Below the pieces are notes generated by a model. The model did no database searches, was not told where the DNA came from, and was given only the letters and a program-made list of their open reading frames with translations. Made by a program: the position numbers and the translations under genes. A stretch of 64,000 bases of DNA from positions 1,361 to 65,360 of the forward strand of contig JAWCNV010000010.1 of assembly GCA_038848185.1 (NCBI GenBank), in the 5' to 3' direction. Positions 46,101-55,444 of this stretch are shown piece by piece. Within the stretch, counting starts at the first letter, position 1; each line of letters starts with the position of its first letter. The stretch is from Thermoproteota archaeon. GTDB taxonomy: Archaea > Thermoproteota > EX4484-205 > JAAOZP01.

Positions 46101-47749
46101 GAGTAATAAACAATTATATCGCTCCACAGTTTCGGGTTCCTCTCCTCAGTTATCGGGTCTAAGAAGTCTGTGGTGAAGTTGTAGGTTGCAGCTATGATGT
46201 TAAGTGTTGAGAAACCCCACTCCGTTGAAAACCTTATAGCTCTTCCCGCCGATAATGGTAGGGCAGGTTCGTTGAGCAATGCATAGCTAATGCCTGTAAT
46301 AAAGTATACTTGCTTGAAAACATTATTGAAGTTAACCTTATCAAATGTGTCGAGTGGCGTCATGTGATATGTGAGAAGATCGTTGACTGTTAGTATTGTT
46401 AATCCTCCGCCACTAGCTGCTGCAGTGAATGGTTCAGAGTCGTAAGCTGTTGAACCGAATCTTACTGGTAGGGAGATGCGTGAAAACGGTGGAGTTGTGA
46501 GCTGGATTGCGTCATAGAAGTTGGCACCGTAAGTCGTATCATTAAGTGCCTTCCTTAAAGCAGGAAGGTAAAAGCTGAACACTCTTATGATAAGCGGAGT
46601 ATACTTAACGTTGAGGGATTGAATTATTGTATACGCGTAGGTTGAGCCTCTATTTACTATAGCTAGTTGATCAGAACCATAACTCAAATCTAGACTTATA
46701 AACAGTTTGATCTTGGTTCCTATCTCTTCGAAGTGTCTGTCAATGAACTCTCTTGCTCCCCATAGGGATTGGAAGTGTCCGGAGGTGAATAATAATATAA
46801 CTGATCTTTTAGGCCTGTTTTCAGCGAGAAACCTTGCAACCTCCAGCAAGACCGAGGGCCCTATGGATTCCGTAGCGCCGGGTGCTAACGCAGGTGTTAG
46901 AGAGTAGGAGTCATAATAGGCTGATAAGACAACGTATTCTCTACTTAGCTCTGGATCAGAGCCTTCTATAAGCCCAACAATATTCGGGACTTCCAGTCTC
47001 TCCCATGTCATTTTCGAATCTATCCAGATGGTTGTCTCACCACCTCTCTCTTCAACGTAGTCGACAAGCCTTCGCGAGTCCCTTGAGCTTAGGAGGTATT
47101 TCGGAAAACTTGTAGGGTTATTGTAAATCTTTTGAGAGGCTTCTTCTCTCACAGTATCCCTAGGGTAAGTATATACTACCCCCTTAGCTCCAAACATTAA
47201 AGCGTATCTGAAGAGCCATTTAGAGTTGAAATCCATTATTACGAATTTACCTGCAACATCCTTCTCATTGAAATCTTCAAAAGAGGTTCCGCCGACGTAA
47301 ATTGCCTTATCTCCCTCAGGGGGACTCTTATAGCTATTGGTGTTAAGGAAGTTCGGCTGGCACATGTAAGCTTTCAATTCTGTCCCGTCTTCAAGAGTTA
47401 TCTTCGCACCCCAGTCAACATATGATGTTAAAGTATAATACTCGTAGAAACTACTATTATTACCATATGGCTTAACACCTATAGTATTCAAATAATCAGC
47501 GATGTAGCTTGCTGCCTCTAGGAAACCAGAATGGCCCGGCATCCTTGATTCGAGGCTTGTGAAGTACTTTACATGGCTCATTATCAGATCTTGCCCCCCG
47601 TAATCCTTGAAGAATGTTGGCACTATACTTAGGTCGATCTCCTCTTCTTGAGCTAATGCTTTAGAATTAGGCAACAGGTAAAACGTTAGGAGAAACAGTG
47701 TCAATAGAGCCAATGGAAAACGCGTTTTACTTCCATACATCTGCCTCAT
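43124..47749 (-). CDS. Giant membrane protein: signal peptide, PA domain, degenerate M28-like ectodomain, 3 TM, MacB/FtsX permease unit, non-ATPase cytoplasmic tail (cassette B 'L' subunit)
   Basis: 1541 aa; signal MRQMYGSKTRFPLALLTLFLLTFYLL; M28-like YVVLSAYYDSYSLTPALAPGATESIGPSVLLEVARFL with the same ligand substitutions as 11397-16055; MacB TM1 MKKRPFRTILTLTSTTLITFALITFTSL; FtsX core YERIKSVSVYVVVGASPSQTAGIFLSESIVYGLLSSVLGYVFG; tail homologous to the tail of the 1552-aa paralog. Confidence 0.7.
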   Translation of the reverse strand: MRQMYGSKTRFPLALLTLFLLTFYLLPNSKALAQEEEIDLSIVPTFFKDYGGQDLIMSHVKYFTSLESRMPGHSGFLEAASYIADYLNTIGVKPYGNNSSFYEYYTLTSYVDWGAKITLEDGTELKAYMCQPNFLNTNSYKSPPEGDKAIYVGGTSFEDFNEKDVAGKFVIMDFNSKWLFRYALMFGAKGVVYTYPRDTVREEASQKIYNNPTSFPKYLLSSRDSRRLVDYVEERGGETTIWIDSKMTWERLEVPNIVGLIEGSDPELSREYVVLSAYYDSYSLTPALAPGATESIGPSVLLEVARFLAENRPKRSVILLFTSGHFQSLWGAREFIDRHFEEIGTKIKLFISLDLSYGSDQLAIVNRGSTYAYTIIQSLNVKYTPLIIRVFSFYLPALRKALNDTTYGANFYDAIQLTTPPFSRISLPVRFGSTAYDSEPFTAAASGGGLTILTVNDLLTYHMTPLDTFDKVNFNNVFKQVYFITGISYALLNEPALPLSAGRAIRFSTEWGFSTLNIIAATYNFTTDFLDPITEERNPKLWSDIIVYYSGSFQGVTTGTECLGSGATGTFSVIVKPDENGVATIKGLKPYTGQNAPTYFFALAVNSSNGAVYMALDWGYRFGAGGRIARTDVAITASNIWAYAPLFECGSIVLQGVLNPRDLSSSLNPTAYNAFSHGYPVRWSKWTGSTVFGDHVFFTEVGEPIEIVIYHSGTGMVWSVLANLTGKDMRSLSGYRVREKGEAIIVNYGPLACAEGLFSLNDARVSTSMSYGVINPMILLYHSLSKRYLDDALVSLNENQYSKAYGLSYPVWSYEQKAYAETRILVENVIATTALFFLLLLPFAYVFERLILGYSGLKRASGVILITMALTILLLLFHPSFHLANNLLMILISLGVASLIVILLTFLYTEASTSTRIVSSKILGVHAAASTTSALLTTALGLGVQWMKKRPFRTILTLTSTTLITFALITFTSLTSVAEPRKVAPMGMEKNVDIPVSYSGILVRQRPWTAIPIELLYQLEYELSDRAYVVPRGWYYPPAGSGGRAYIYWNASKQLARVYAVLAMAPEEQSVTGIWSRIGVRGRWFYSGELYSILISQSLASRLSEELNSTIGPGSQIAIWGLNLTVIGLFDGSALYGGGAEEMGFTSGLIDLDGEPITPKDPIVIGTGIGAVPPHLLGDEVTIIPFDLAIKLFGPSSLQLMSIAIKPFNDSEIEPFARELVYRLDTYIIYGLTKYTSLEGWTMGDVWELTARSWFTFMGAETLIIPLIIAGISILNITIGTLYERIKSVSVYVVVGASPSQTAGIFLSESIVYGLLSSVLGYVFGIVGISAMTRLGFYNFTEFFPNFASSFIFIVILLAIFIQLVATLYPALKAWQLVTPSLERKWKIPEPVGDYWTVPLPFVATSERELMGILAFIKEFLQAYSGLEKTGLFAPEEISFSEQREGDKVVKRLHSRIRLAPFDLAIVEDFDVEAVSQMKRYTLTLYFVRRSGITKNWITSNKAFIDTQRRQLLIWRTMPPSLREHYIKEGEKLGELLQKEA

Positions 47750-47974
47750 TCCGATAAATGGACAAGGTGAATTCTAGTAAATAAGTTTTATATCCCTTAA
47801 GTATCCCCATTTCGTCTAAGACTTTAATTTAATACGATGGATGCCTACTTGTTTTCTTAATACATTAAAAAGGCTTATAGAGCTGATTCATTGTTTAATG
47901 AAACTGTTAGGATCAGTATCGGCTAAACCCTGTAGGGAAAACATTAAATCTTGAGATGAACGCTTTCCCACTAA

Positions 47975-49258
47975 ATGGCCGAGGAACAGTTCTTCCAAAT
48001 GTTCCTTAACAGGCTACATGAATCAGTAGGCAGGCTGACTCCTCTGGAGCTTCACTCATCTCCCTTTAAAAACGCATATTTATCTAAGTGGAATGCTTGT
48101 GAAGAATCAGCTAAGCCTAGCGGCACAATAGTGGCATGTGACGGTAGTATTGGAGAGTCAAGTTTCTCAGGCGGCCTCGTAGTCTTGGTTGCCCGAGCCA
48201 TAGCCCACATCTACACTATAGAGGGAGGTCTCAAAAGCATCATGGAGGTTGATACTGCGGCGAATTATAGGCTACAAGGCAGGTCCCTGTTCATGAAGAC
48301 GCTGGAGCTGAGGGTTCTAAGAAAAGCTTTGGAGAAGGCTTTGCAGGAGCATGAAACTGCACTTGGCATATTTGACGGAAGCCTCTACCTTACTTTCCTC
48401 CACTACAGGGAACACCTTAGGAGAGTCTCATGGATATTTGAGAAGTATGTTAGGGAACTGGCTTCACTCCTTAAGTTGGCTGAGAAAAATGTTGCTATAG
48501 TAGGCCTGTCTAAAGATAGCGACATTAACTATCTTAGAGCTAAGGTCATGCTGGATATTGTTAAGAGCTTTGACGCTAATTTTATTCTTGAAGTCAAGCG
48601 TGGAAGAAGTATAAAGAAGATTCGTGAAAAGCTCGTGGAGAAGGCTGAGGATGAGTCCGAGGACTCTGTGCTCCAAGCATGCATAGAGGAGCTTGATAAG
48701 GATCTTTCTGATGAAGGAGTTTACAGCGAACTCGTGCCTAACCCCGGCTTCACGACGCCTTTGCTGCTAGCTCCACAGACCCTTTTCCTAACAGGAGAAT
48801 CAAAGACAAGAAGCTGGTGGGACACAAGCTTCAGGAGGCTTCTCGAAAAAGATGCCGCTTTAAAAAAGGTTCTCGAAGCGCTCGACGAGTACTTCTCCAT
48901 GCCCCCTATAGCGTTATCATACTGGAGACCTGCCGGAATGCTTGGAGTCTACAGGCTTGATGTTCCTTCAAGTCTACTGGGTTACAAAGGGTCTTGCGGA
49001 GACCTCTCGGACGATATGTTTATGGATGACGATGCTCCTTTAAGAAGGCTGAGGGAGACGATCAGTTTTTTAAACTGGATGAAGCATGGTCCTCATGTCG
49101 CATACCCGCTTGTGGAGGTCGACACCATAGCTAGGCTGGACAGAGAGCTTTACAAGAATGCTTACGAGCCAGTTATCGTGGATGAGCTTAAGAGGAGAGG
49201 CTTTAAAGTAAGCCCTAGGAGGAGAAGCATTAGGGACATGGTGTTGAGGGGATACTGA
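47975..49258 (+). CDS. nurA: NurA 5'-3' nuclease
   Basis: 427 aa; NurA catalytic motif IVACDGSIGE; first gene of a nurA-herA-mre11-rad50 cluster; stop TGA overlaps herA ATG by 1 nt (TGATG). Confidence 0.75.
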   Translation: MAEEQFFQMFLNRLHESVGRLTPLELHSSPFKNAYLSKWNACEESAKPSGTIVACDGSIGESSFSGGLVVLVARAIAHIYTIEGGLKSIMEVDTAANYRLQGRSLFMKTLELRVLRKALEKALQEHETALGIFDGSLYLTFLHYREHLRRVSWIFEKYVRELASLLKLAEKNVAIVGLSKDSDINYLRAKVMLDIVKSFDANFILEVKRGRSIKKIREKLVEKAEDESEDSVLQACIEELDKDLSDEGVYSELVPNPGFTTPLLLAPQTLFLTGESKTRSWWDTSFRRLLEKDAALKKVLEALDEYFSMPPIALSYWRPAGMLGVYRLDVPSSLLGYKGSCGDLSDDMFMDDDAPLRRLRETISFLNWMKHGPHVAYPLVEVDTIARLDRELYKNAYEPVIVDELKRRGFKVSPRRRSIRDMVLRGY

Positions 49259-50814
49259 TGGAGCCACTTGGAAGGGTAATAGAAGAGTCAACCCCATATG
49301 GGTTCGTTTTTAAAACAGGCATAGATAATCCGATAGCTCTCCACGACTATGTTTTCGCGGAGGTAAATAATTTTGCGGATGGAAAGTTGGAGAAGGTTAG
49401 GGTTTTAGCAGAGATCGTTGACCTAAGTTCTAAAAACCCTCTTGCGACGGAAAGGTTGACTGCTGAGCAGCAGGTGTCACCATATTCCTACAAGCTGGTT
49501 TCGGCAGAGGTAATAGGGTATCTTAAAGCCGGGAGGATCATGAGGCCGAAGGTTGCTCCAGACCCTAACACTCCTGTCTACAGGGCTGATGATGAGTTTC
49601 TCCAAGCATTCTTCTCAGGAGTAAAGAGGAGGATACCTCTGCATGTAGCTATGCTTCTTAACAGACCTATGGTTAAGGTTCCTATACATCTCCAGGATCT
49701 CCAGTTCCACCTAGGCGTTTTCGCAGCCACTAGAGCCGGGAAATCATATTTTGCCGGCAGGTTGATCGAGGAGATTCTTGTAAACACGCCTTTCCCAGTG
49801 GTCGTTATAGATATTCATGCGGACTACGTTATGATGGATAGGCTGGTTAAAGAAGGTAGACATGGTGACTTCAACATTGTTGTATACTATCCGCCTGGTG
49901 CTCCCAGAGTAGGCGGGGTGACTGCTGAGCAGAGGGAGCTCCAACTGAGCCCTGAGCATCTGACATACGAGGCGATAATCGCACTTCTCGGAACTACTCT
50001 TGGGGAAAGGCAGAAAATAGTTTTGAGAAACATTTTGAGGGGGCTTAAATCGGAAAAACGGCCTTTTGGGCTGGGGGATATAACTGCCTTAATCAGGAGT
50101 AAGCTGGAGGAAACCGATAATGATAGTAAGCCGGTGCTTAAGGGAGAGGACAGAGCGAGGTATGAGAGTCTTCTCGCTAGGTTGGAAGACTTGGGAGAAG
50201 AGGTTTCGCTTCCCCCAACCGGAATGAGTATTTCCGAGTTGCTGTCTCCAAAGACGCTAAGCGTCATCTGTTTAAACGGGTTGCGTTCAAAGGTTCAAGA
50301 CGCATATGCAAGTATAATCATAGATACCTTGTTCAGACACCAGGTTTCAAGCAAGAATGACGAGAAGAACTTTATCCCTGTCTTTCTCTTCATTGAGGAG
50401 GCTCATCGTATAGCTTCTGAGAAGAGCGGCGGGTATGCTGTCAAAACCATATCCACGGCGATAAGGGAGGGCGCTAAGTTTGGGCTCTTTATAACTCTGA
50501 TAAGTCAGCGTCCAAGAAACATAGACCCAGACATATTGAGCAATGTCGGGAATTACGCGGTGATGAGGATAACTAACCAGCAGGATCAGAACGTCATAGA
50601 GAATGCTAGTGAAAGCTTTTACCACAGGCTTATAGAAGACCTTCCAGGTCTAAACCAGGGAGAGGCTGTGCTCGTCGGGCCTTTCGTACCTCTTCCAGCA
50701 CACGTGAAAACTCTAGAGAGGAAGACAGTTCACCATGGTGTAACTCCTGAGCTAAGCAATATCATGGAGAGGATTAATGAGCAGCTTAAGCAAAGGGAAG
50801 CAGGCAAATGGTGA
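49258..50814 (+). CDS. herA: HerA bipolar DNA helicase (FtsK/HerA-type ATPase)
   Basis: 518 aa; P-loop GVFAATRAGKSYFAG, Walker B/DExH-like VFLFIEEAHRIA; genomic context between nurA and mre11. Confidence 0.75.
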   Translation: MEPLGRVIEESTPYGFVFKTGIDNPIALHDYVFAEVNNFADGKLEKVRVLAEIVDLSSKNPLATERLTAEQQVSPYSYKLVSAEVIGYLKAGRIMRPKVAPDPNTPVYRADDEFLQAFFSGVKRRIPLHVAMLLNRPMVKVPIHLQDLQFHLGVFAATRAGKSYFAGRLIEEILVNTPFPVVVIDIHADYVMMDRLVKEGRHGDFNIVVYYPPGAPRVGGVTAEQRELQLSPEHLTYEAIIALLGTTLGERQKIVLRNILRGLKSEKRPFGLGDITALIRSKLEETDNDSKPVLKGEDRARYESLLARLEDLGEEVSLPPTGMSISELLSPKTLSVICLNGLRSKVQDAYASIIIDTLFRHQVSSKNDEKNFIPVFLFIEEAHRIASEKSGGYAVKTISTAIREGAKFGLFITLISQRPRNIDPDILSNVGNYAVMRITNQQDQNVIENASESFYHRLIEDLPGLNQGEAVLVGPFVPLPAHVKTLERKTVHHGVTPELSNIMERINEQLKQREAGKW

Positions 50815-50820
50815 GACGCG

Positions 50821-52107
50821 ATGAAGATAGGAGTTTTCGCTGACACCCACGTAGGGAGGAGCATACCTAGGGAAGTCGGCGAACTTAGGAGAAACGCTTA
50901 CCGTCATGCTTTCACCCAGGCTATCAACATTTTCATAGAGGAGAAAGTGGAGTGCGTGATCCATGCAGGAGACCTCTTTGAGAAACGCAGTATGACGTCT
51001 GAGGACAGTGTTTTCGTCAAGGAAGAGTTGCAACGCCTAGTCAACTCTATTCGTGAGGAACATGGTAGAGAGGTATCCATATTCCTCATCAGAGGAAACC
51101 ATGATGGTGCCCCTGACAATAATGCTATAGATTTCGTGAAGCATCCTCTCGCAAAATATCTTAAGGTGGTAGGCGAGGCCACGATAAGAGGGGAGGAGGA
51201 ATCCTATTTTTTTAACGGCATCCGGTTAATAGGTCTACCTTACCATCCCTACATATTGCATGTTTTCAAGAACGTGAAGGATGTAATCCAGAGAGAGTTT
51301 AACAGGGAGGGGGAGATTAAGATTCTTACGATACACAGTTTTATTCAGAGTTATCACGAGATTCCTCCCGGAGTACCTCAGCACAACTATCTTACAGTAA
51401 GGGATTTCGACGAGCTTGGAGCTGATTTGGTTTTAGCCGGCCACTACCATGGAAAGGTTAATCCGATGGAGAGCAATAAGGTGCTTTTCCTAACACCCGG
51501 TGCAACTGAGGCGGTTGACCTGTCTGATGAGGGTCCTTTTGGCGTCTACGTGCTAGACGGGAGACAAGCAAAGTTCATACCGATAAAACCTCTGCATGAA
51601 ATACGCAACATCAAAGTAGATTCAAAGGGCTCTGTGAAACCCTATGAATGGTTTGTCGAGCAATCTGTTCGTGAGATAGATGCTTATTACTCTGATCTTC
51701 AGGCTAGGGGTGCTGATGGGATACTGCGCCTAGTTTTAAGCGGATCCACTGAGGATGATCCGCGTAACATAGACGTATCCCTCCGGAAGGAGGTTGCGAA
51801 GAGAACTGCCTCAACTAGGTTGCTGCATATTGACTTGGTTAACCGTGTTGAAGACATTAAGCAGAAAGCAGTATTTTCTAAGCTTGGTAGCGGACTTGAC
51901 TATGCGATGGAGATTTTGAAACCCCTTGGGGGAATGTCTGGGGAAGCGATGAAGATTGTGGAGGAGTTGAGTATAACTCTCGATGAAAAGGCAAGTCAGA
52001 GAACAGGGCTTCTCACAGACTCTGATAGGAGCCGTTTCATAAAACGCTGGATTCAGGTTTTGGAGAAGACGGGTGGTTGCGATGAGCGGCTTAATCGAAA
52101 CACTTAG
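50821..52107 (+). CDS. mre11: Mre11 DNA double-strand-break repair nuclease
   Basis: 428 aa; phosphoesterase motifs GVFADTHVG (D-x-H), HAGDLFE (GD), IRGNHDG (GNHD), GHYH. Confidence 0.85.
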   Translation: MKIGVFADTHVGRSIPREVGELRRNAYRHAFTQAINIFIEEKVECVIHAGDLFEKRSMTSEDSVFVKEELQRLVNSIREEHGREVSIFLIRGNHDGAPDNNAIDFVKHPLAKYLKVVGEATIRGEEESYFFNGIRLIGLPYHPYILHVFKNVKDVIQREFNREGEIKILTIHSFIQSYHEIPPGVPQHNYLTVRDFDELGADLVLAGHYHGKVNPMESNKVLFLTPGATEAVDLSDEGPFGVYVLDGRQAKFIPIKPLHEIRNIKVDSKGSVKPYEWFVEQSVREIDAYYSDLQARGADGILRLVLSGSTEDDPRNIDVSLRKEVAKRTASTRLLHIDLVNRVEDIKQKAVFSKLGSGLDYAMEILKPLGGMSGEAMKIVEELSITLDEKASQRTGLLTDSDRSRFIKRWIQVLEKTGGCDERLNRNT

Positions 52108-54073
52108 ACTCCGGAACCTGGAGCGTTATAGGAGGGTTGAGCTAGATTTCTCAGCTGGGCTCAACCTCATAAAAGGTAGGAATTCAACAGGTAAAACCAC
52201 TCTACTTAATGCGTTGACATTCGCGCTTTTCGGCGAGGTTCCGGAGGCTAGGCCAAGGCTACTGGTTTCAAAGCTACCGGGCTCGGGGGAGATGAGTGTG
52301 TACGTAAAGTTCAGAAGCCCAGTTAGCGGCCAGATTGTTGAAGTCGAGAGAAGAGGCAGTTTAGACAGGAATGGGGATTACAGGACTGGAGAACGATTAC
52401 TCCGGGTTGACGGTAAAAACATATCTCTGGAGAGCGAGGAAGATTTGAGGAGCAAGATTACTGAACTTCTCGGGATGAGTTTAAGGAAGTTTCTCAACCT
52501 AGTTTATATTAGACAGGGTAGGTTAACGGAAATACTGGAGCCGCAGAGAGAACACATGGACTCGGTGATGGGGATAACGCTGTTAAGAGAGCTGCGTGAA
52601 CAGCTGGATGAAGCACGAAGGGAGCTGGAGAGGTTTAACGGGAAGGATGTTGCAACCGAGATTCAGAATCTTGAGGGTCAAATGCCTGAGTTAGATTCAA
52701 GCCTCAAACAGGTTGACGAAGATATTAGCTGGTTGAATAAGGAGGTTCAGGAGCTTGAAAACCTTCTGAAGAAAGCTGAGTCAATTGAGTTAAGCGAGCT
52801 TCTCGACCATATTAAGAAGAGAGAGGAGGTTGAGGAGGAATTGAAGAAGTTTAACTCAAGGATACAGGAGCTTCTTGAAAATGCTGGTGCCTCTTCGGTT
52901 GAGGAGTTGGAGGCTAAAATAAGTTTAGGCGAGAAGGAGTTGGAGGCTTTGAAAGCTACCAGAGATAGTCTGAAGAAGGAGCTTGACGCCTCCATGGAGA
53001 AATGGTTAAACTTGAAAAGCAGTGTTTCAAACCTTGAGAAACAAATAAGGGAACACGAGTCCCTTGCCGGAAGCGGGGTTTCTAAATGCCCTACATGCGG
53101 CCAAGACCTGCAACCCTCTGTTATCCAAAGGCTCTTGGAGGAAGATCGTGACTTGTTAGCCAGAGTGAGGCTTGAGGAGGCTGAGGCGAAAAAGTTTTAC
53201 GACTTGAAAAACTCTGAGTTTCAAAACATTGTTGAAAAAATAAACGCGGCTGAAGGCGAGTGCTCAAGAATGAAAACTTTGAGAAACCGTTTAAGAGAAC
53301 ACTTGAATTCTACCGAAGCCTTCAGGAAAACAAGGGATAGCACCTTAGTTGCAATAAGTGAGAAGCTAGCCGTCCTCGGCCTACCTTTCACTTCCGAGGA
53401 TCCTGAGTTAAAGCTGAAACTAGCACAGCAACTCCCCCTTCAACCAGACGAATTGGCTAAAAGGAGAAGTGAACTTGCTGAGAAGAAGGGAAGCCTAGAA
53501 AGGAAGACAAGTATTAGAATGGAGACCCGCAAGAAGCTGGAGGAATATAGGCGGCTACTTAACGAGCTTAAACGAAGGATGGAGAAGGCTGGCCTCGCAC
53601 ACAGGCTCTCACAATCTTTCGACCAAGCTGTTGAAACTAGGAGGAGAGAGCTGATAAAACGCATAGAGTTCAGAGCATTAGAGTACTATAGGGCTATGAC
53701 AGATCAGCATGTTTACGACGCTATAATCATAAACCCAGAGGACTATTCCGTTTCAGTGCATCCGAAAGGGTTAACGGATCCTATTCCAGCAACCAGAGTA
53801 GGAGGAGGACACCAGACTATTCTCGCCCTGGCCATACGCCTCGCCCTCCTCAACGCTCTAAGCCTGAATTCACTACTAATACTTGACGAGCCTACCTACG
53901 GCGTTGACTCCGAAAACCTTCCTCAAGTTGCAAGCTATATAGGGGAAGCCTCCAAGCAACTCTCCCAGATGATGCTCGTAACCCACTACAATATTTGCGA
54001 GGAAGAGGCTTCAAACATCATAGAAGTAAGTGTTCAAGAAGACGGGTCGTCCAAAGCCGAGATTAAAACATAG
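52082..54073 (+). CDS. rad50: Rad50 ATPase (short-arm variant)
   Basis: ATG 52082 (MSGLIETLRLRNLERY; the ORF-track GTG at 52073 is also possible). Walker A GRNSTGKTT, zinc-hook CPTCGQDL, signature/Walker B LLILDEPTYGVD, D-loop. Only about 663 aa versus about 880 aa in characterised archaeal Rad50s. Overlaps the mre11 3' end by 26 nt. Confidence 0.85.
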   Translation: MSGLIETLRLRNLERYRRVELDFSAGLNLIKGRNSTGKTTLLNALTFALFGEVPEARPRLLVSKLPGSGEMSVYVKFRSPVSGQIVEVERRGSLDRNGDYRTGERLLRVDGKNISLESEEDLRSKITELLGMSLRKFLNLVYIRQGRLTEILEPQREHMDSVMGITLLRELREQLDEARRELERFNGKDVATEIQNLEGQMPELDSSLKQVDEDISWLNKEVQELENLLKKAESIELSELLDHIKKREEVEEELKKFNSRIQELLENAGASSVEELEAKISLGEKELEALKATRDSLKKELDASMEKWLNLKSSVSNLEKQIREHESLAGSGVSKCPTCGQDLQPSVIQRLLEEDRDLLARVRLEEAEAKKFYDLKNSEFQNIVEKINAAEGECSRMKTLRNRLREHLNSTEAFRKTRDSTLVAISEKLAVLGLPFTSEDPELKLKLAQQLPLQPDELAKRRSELAEKKGSLERKTSIRMETRKKLEEYRRLLNELKRRMEKAGLAHRLSQSFDQAVETRRRELIKRIEFRALEYYRAMTDQHVYDAIIINPEDYSVSVHPKGLTDPIPATRVGGGHQTILALAIRLALLNALSLNSLLILDEPTYGVDSENLPQVASYIGEASKQLSQMMLVTHYNICEEEASNIIEVSVQEDGSSKAEIKT

Positions 54074-54145
54074 ATGACCAGCCGCCTAGGTCTCCTAGGA
54101 TTCAGGTGTGAATATCTAGCTTGATTGACTTGTATTCTATATCAT

Positions 54146-55285
54146 TCAATCCCAAAGCGCATCTAGCTTGATCGACTTATTGGGTAGGATTGCTGTATAG
54201 TGATTCAATCCAACAGGGTCATCGAGCGAGAAGGGCCCTTGCCACTTATTATGGGTCGGAGCACCGAAACAGATCTCTGCTTTAAGTTCAGTTAAATTAT
54301 AAATTACTGAAAACAAGGTTCCGAAATAGTCGGTGTAGTAATGTCCGCAGACTCCTTCATATATTTCCTTGGAGAGTATGTCTCTGACTGTTTCTCTACT
54401 AATGTTGGGTGATGCCTGTGATAATCGTTTATCAATCAGTTCAAACCTCCTCTTGGAATTTCTCAGTATCCAATCGCCAGCGTATTCTTGATATTTCACC
54501 ATGTCTGGTAGGAAATAATGGTTGGTTGAAAACAAGAATCCTTCAGTTGAGTCTGGGCCTATTCTTTTAAACGAGCTTTTTCCATCAAAGAACTGTACCA
54601 AAGTAGCTTTATTGTTTTTATCTGTCACCAAGAAGCTCCAGTATCCGCCAACCGGCATTTTCTCCAAGTGTTCTACTGCCTCGTCTACTGTTCTACAATT
54701 CTCCAGCAGGGTCCTAACTACTAGGAAGAAGTTGAATCCTCTTTTCGCAGGCTCTCTTTTGAAGATTCCACATCCTGCGAATGTGACACACAGCCCGTGG
54801 GAGTTAATTCCATCATCTCGACCGAGAAAGTATTCTGAAAAACCCATGTGCTTCACCTTCCCCTTAATTCTGACGGTGCACAGGCGGAAATCATTCATCT
54901 CATGATGGTATTCATAGCTCCTCCCCACGTAGACATGTTTATCACGGGTTGATGAGGACAGCACAGCTATTTGGCTACAGTTACCAGGCTGGTATATTGG
55001 GGGATTATAGATTTGGAGTTTTTCAGGCCCGACTCCAATACTGTCAGCTAAACCCTGTATCTCCTCGGTAATGCCGGGGCAATTCTCCTCGTAGAAAGAC
55101 TGAAGATCCTCGAAGCTGCTGAAACCAAGCTTGCTTGCGTTGACCTCTGCGGAGGAGAACCATTTTGCTGCTTCCGGGCTCTGTCTCTTAAGAACTTCCC
55201 CCTGTTGCCATCCAACCTCGTAACTAGAACCTTCCAATACTAGGTGTTGAAATTCCTTCCTTATCATAGTGTAGTCTTGGCTCAA
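54146..55285 (-). CDS. Peptidase C45 / acyl-CoA:6-aminopenicillanic acid acyltransferase-like Ntn-hydrolase
   Basis: 379 aa; internal GNCSQIAV, a candidate autoproteolytic Gly-Cys N-terminal nucleophile site as in the C45/choloylglycine hydrolase superfamily. Confidence 0.5.
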   Translation of the reverse strand: MSQDYTMIRKEFQHLVLEGSSYEVGWQQGEVLKRQSPEAAKWFSSAEVNASKLGFSSFEDLQSFYEENCPGITEEIQGLADSIGVGPEKLQIYNPPIYQPGNCSQIAVLSSSTRDKHVYVGRSYEYHHEMNDFRLCTVRIKGKVKHMGFSEYFLGRDDGINSHGLCVTFAGCGIFKREPAKRGFNFFLVVRTLLENCRTVDEAVEHLEKMPVGGYWSFLVTDKNNKATLVQFFDGKSSFKRIGPDSTEGFLFSTNHYFLPDMVKYQEYAGDWILRNSKRRFELIDKRLSQASPNISRETVRDILSKEIYEGVCGHYYTDYFGTLFSVIYNLTELKAEICFGAPTHNKWQGPFSLDDPVGLNHYTAILPNKSIKLDALWD

Positions 55286-55444
55286 TTATACTCCTTCTCC
55301 ATGTTCTTAGCACTATTAGACCTTATAAGACTTCTATAAACCGTCGAGAAGCAGGTCTAGCCCTAATGACTATATCCCGCTCCATGTAACCTAAATAATC
55401 GAGACAAAAGTTATATTTCTGAGCATGCTGTTGATTACGGTTGG

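Noticed and set aside
11397-47749. Possibility that the duplicated cassettes are a recent segmental duplication or mobile element
   Set aside because: Similarity is at the protein level only, about 35-50% with rearranged gene order, and I see no nucleotide-level repeats. There is no transposase, integrase, IS terminal repeat or tRNA-flanked boundary, so this is ancient paralogy rather than a mobile element.
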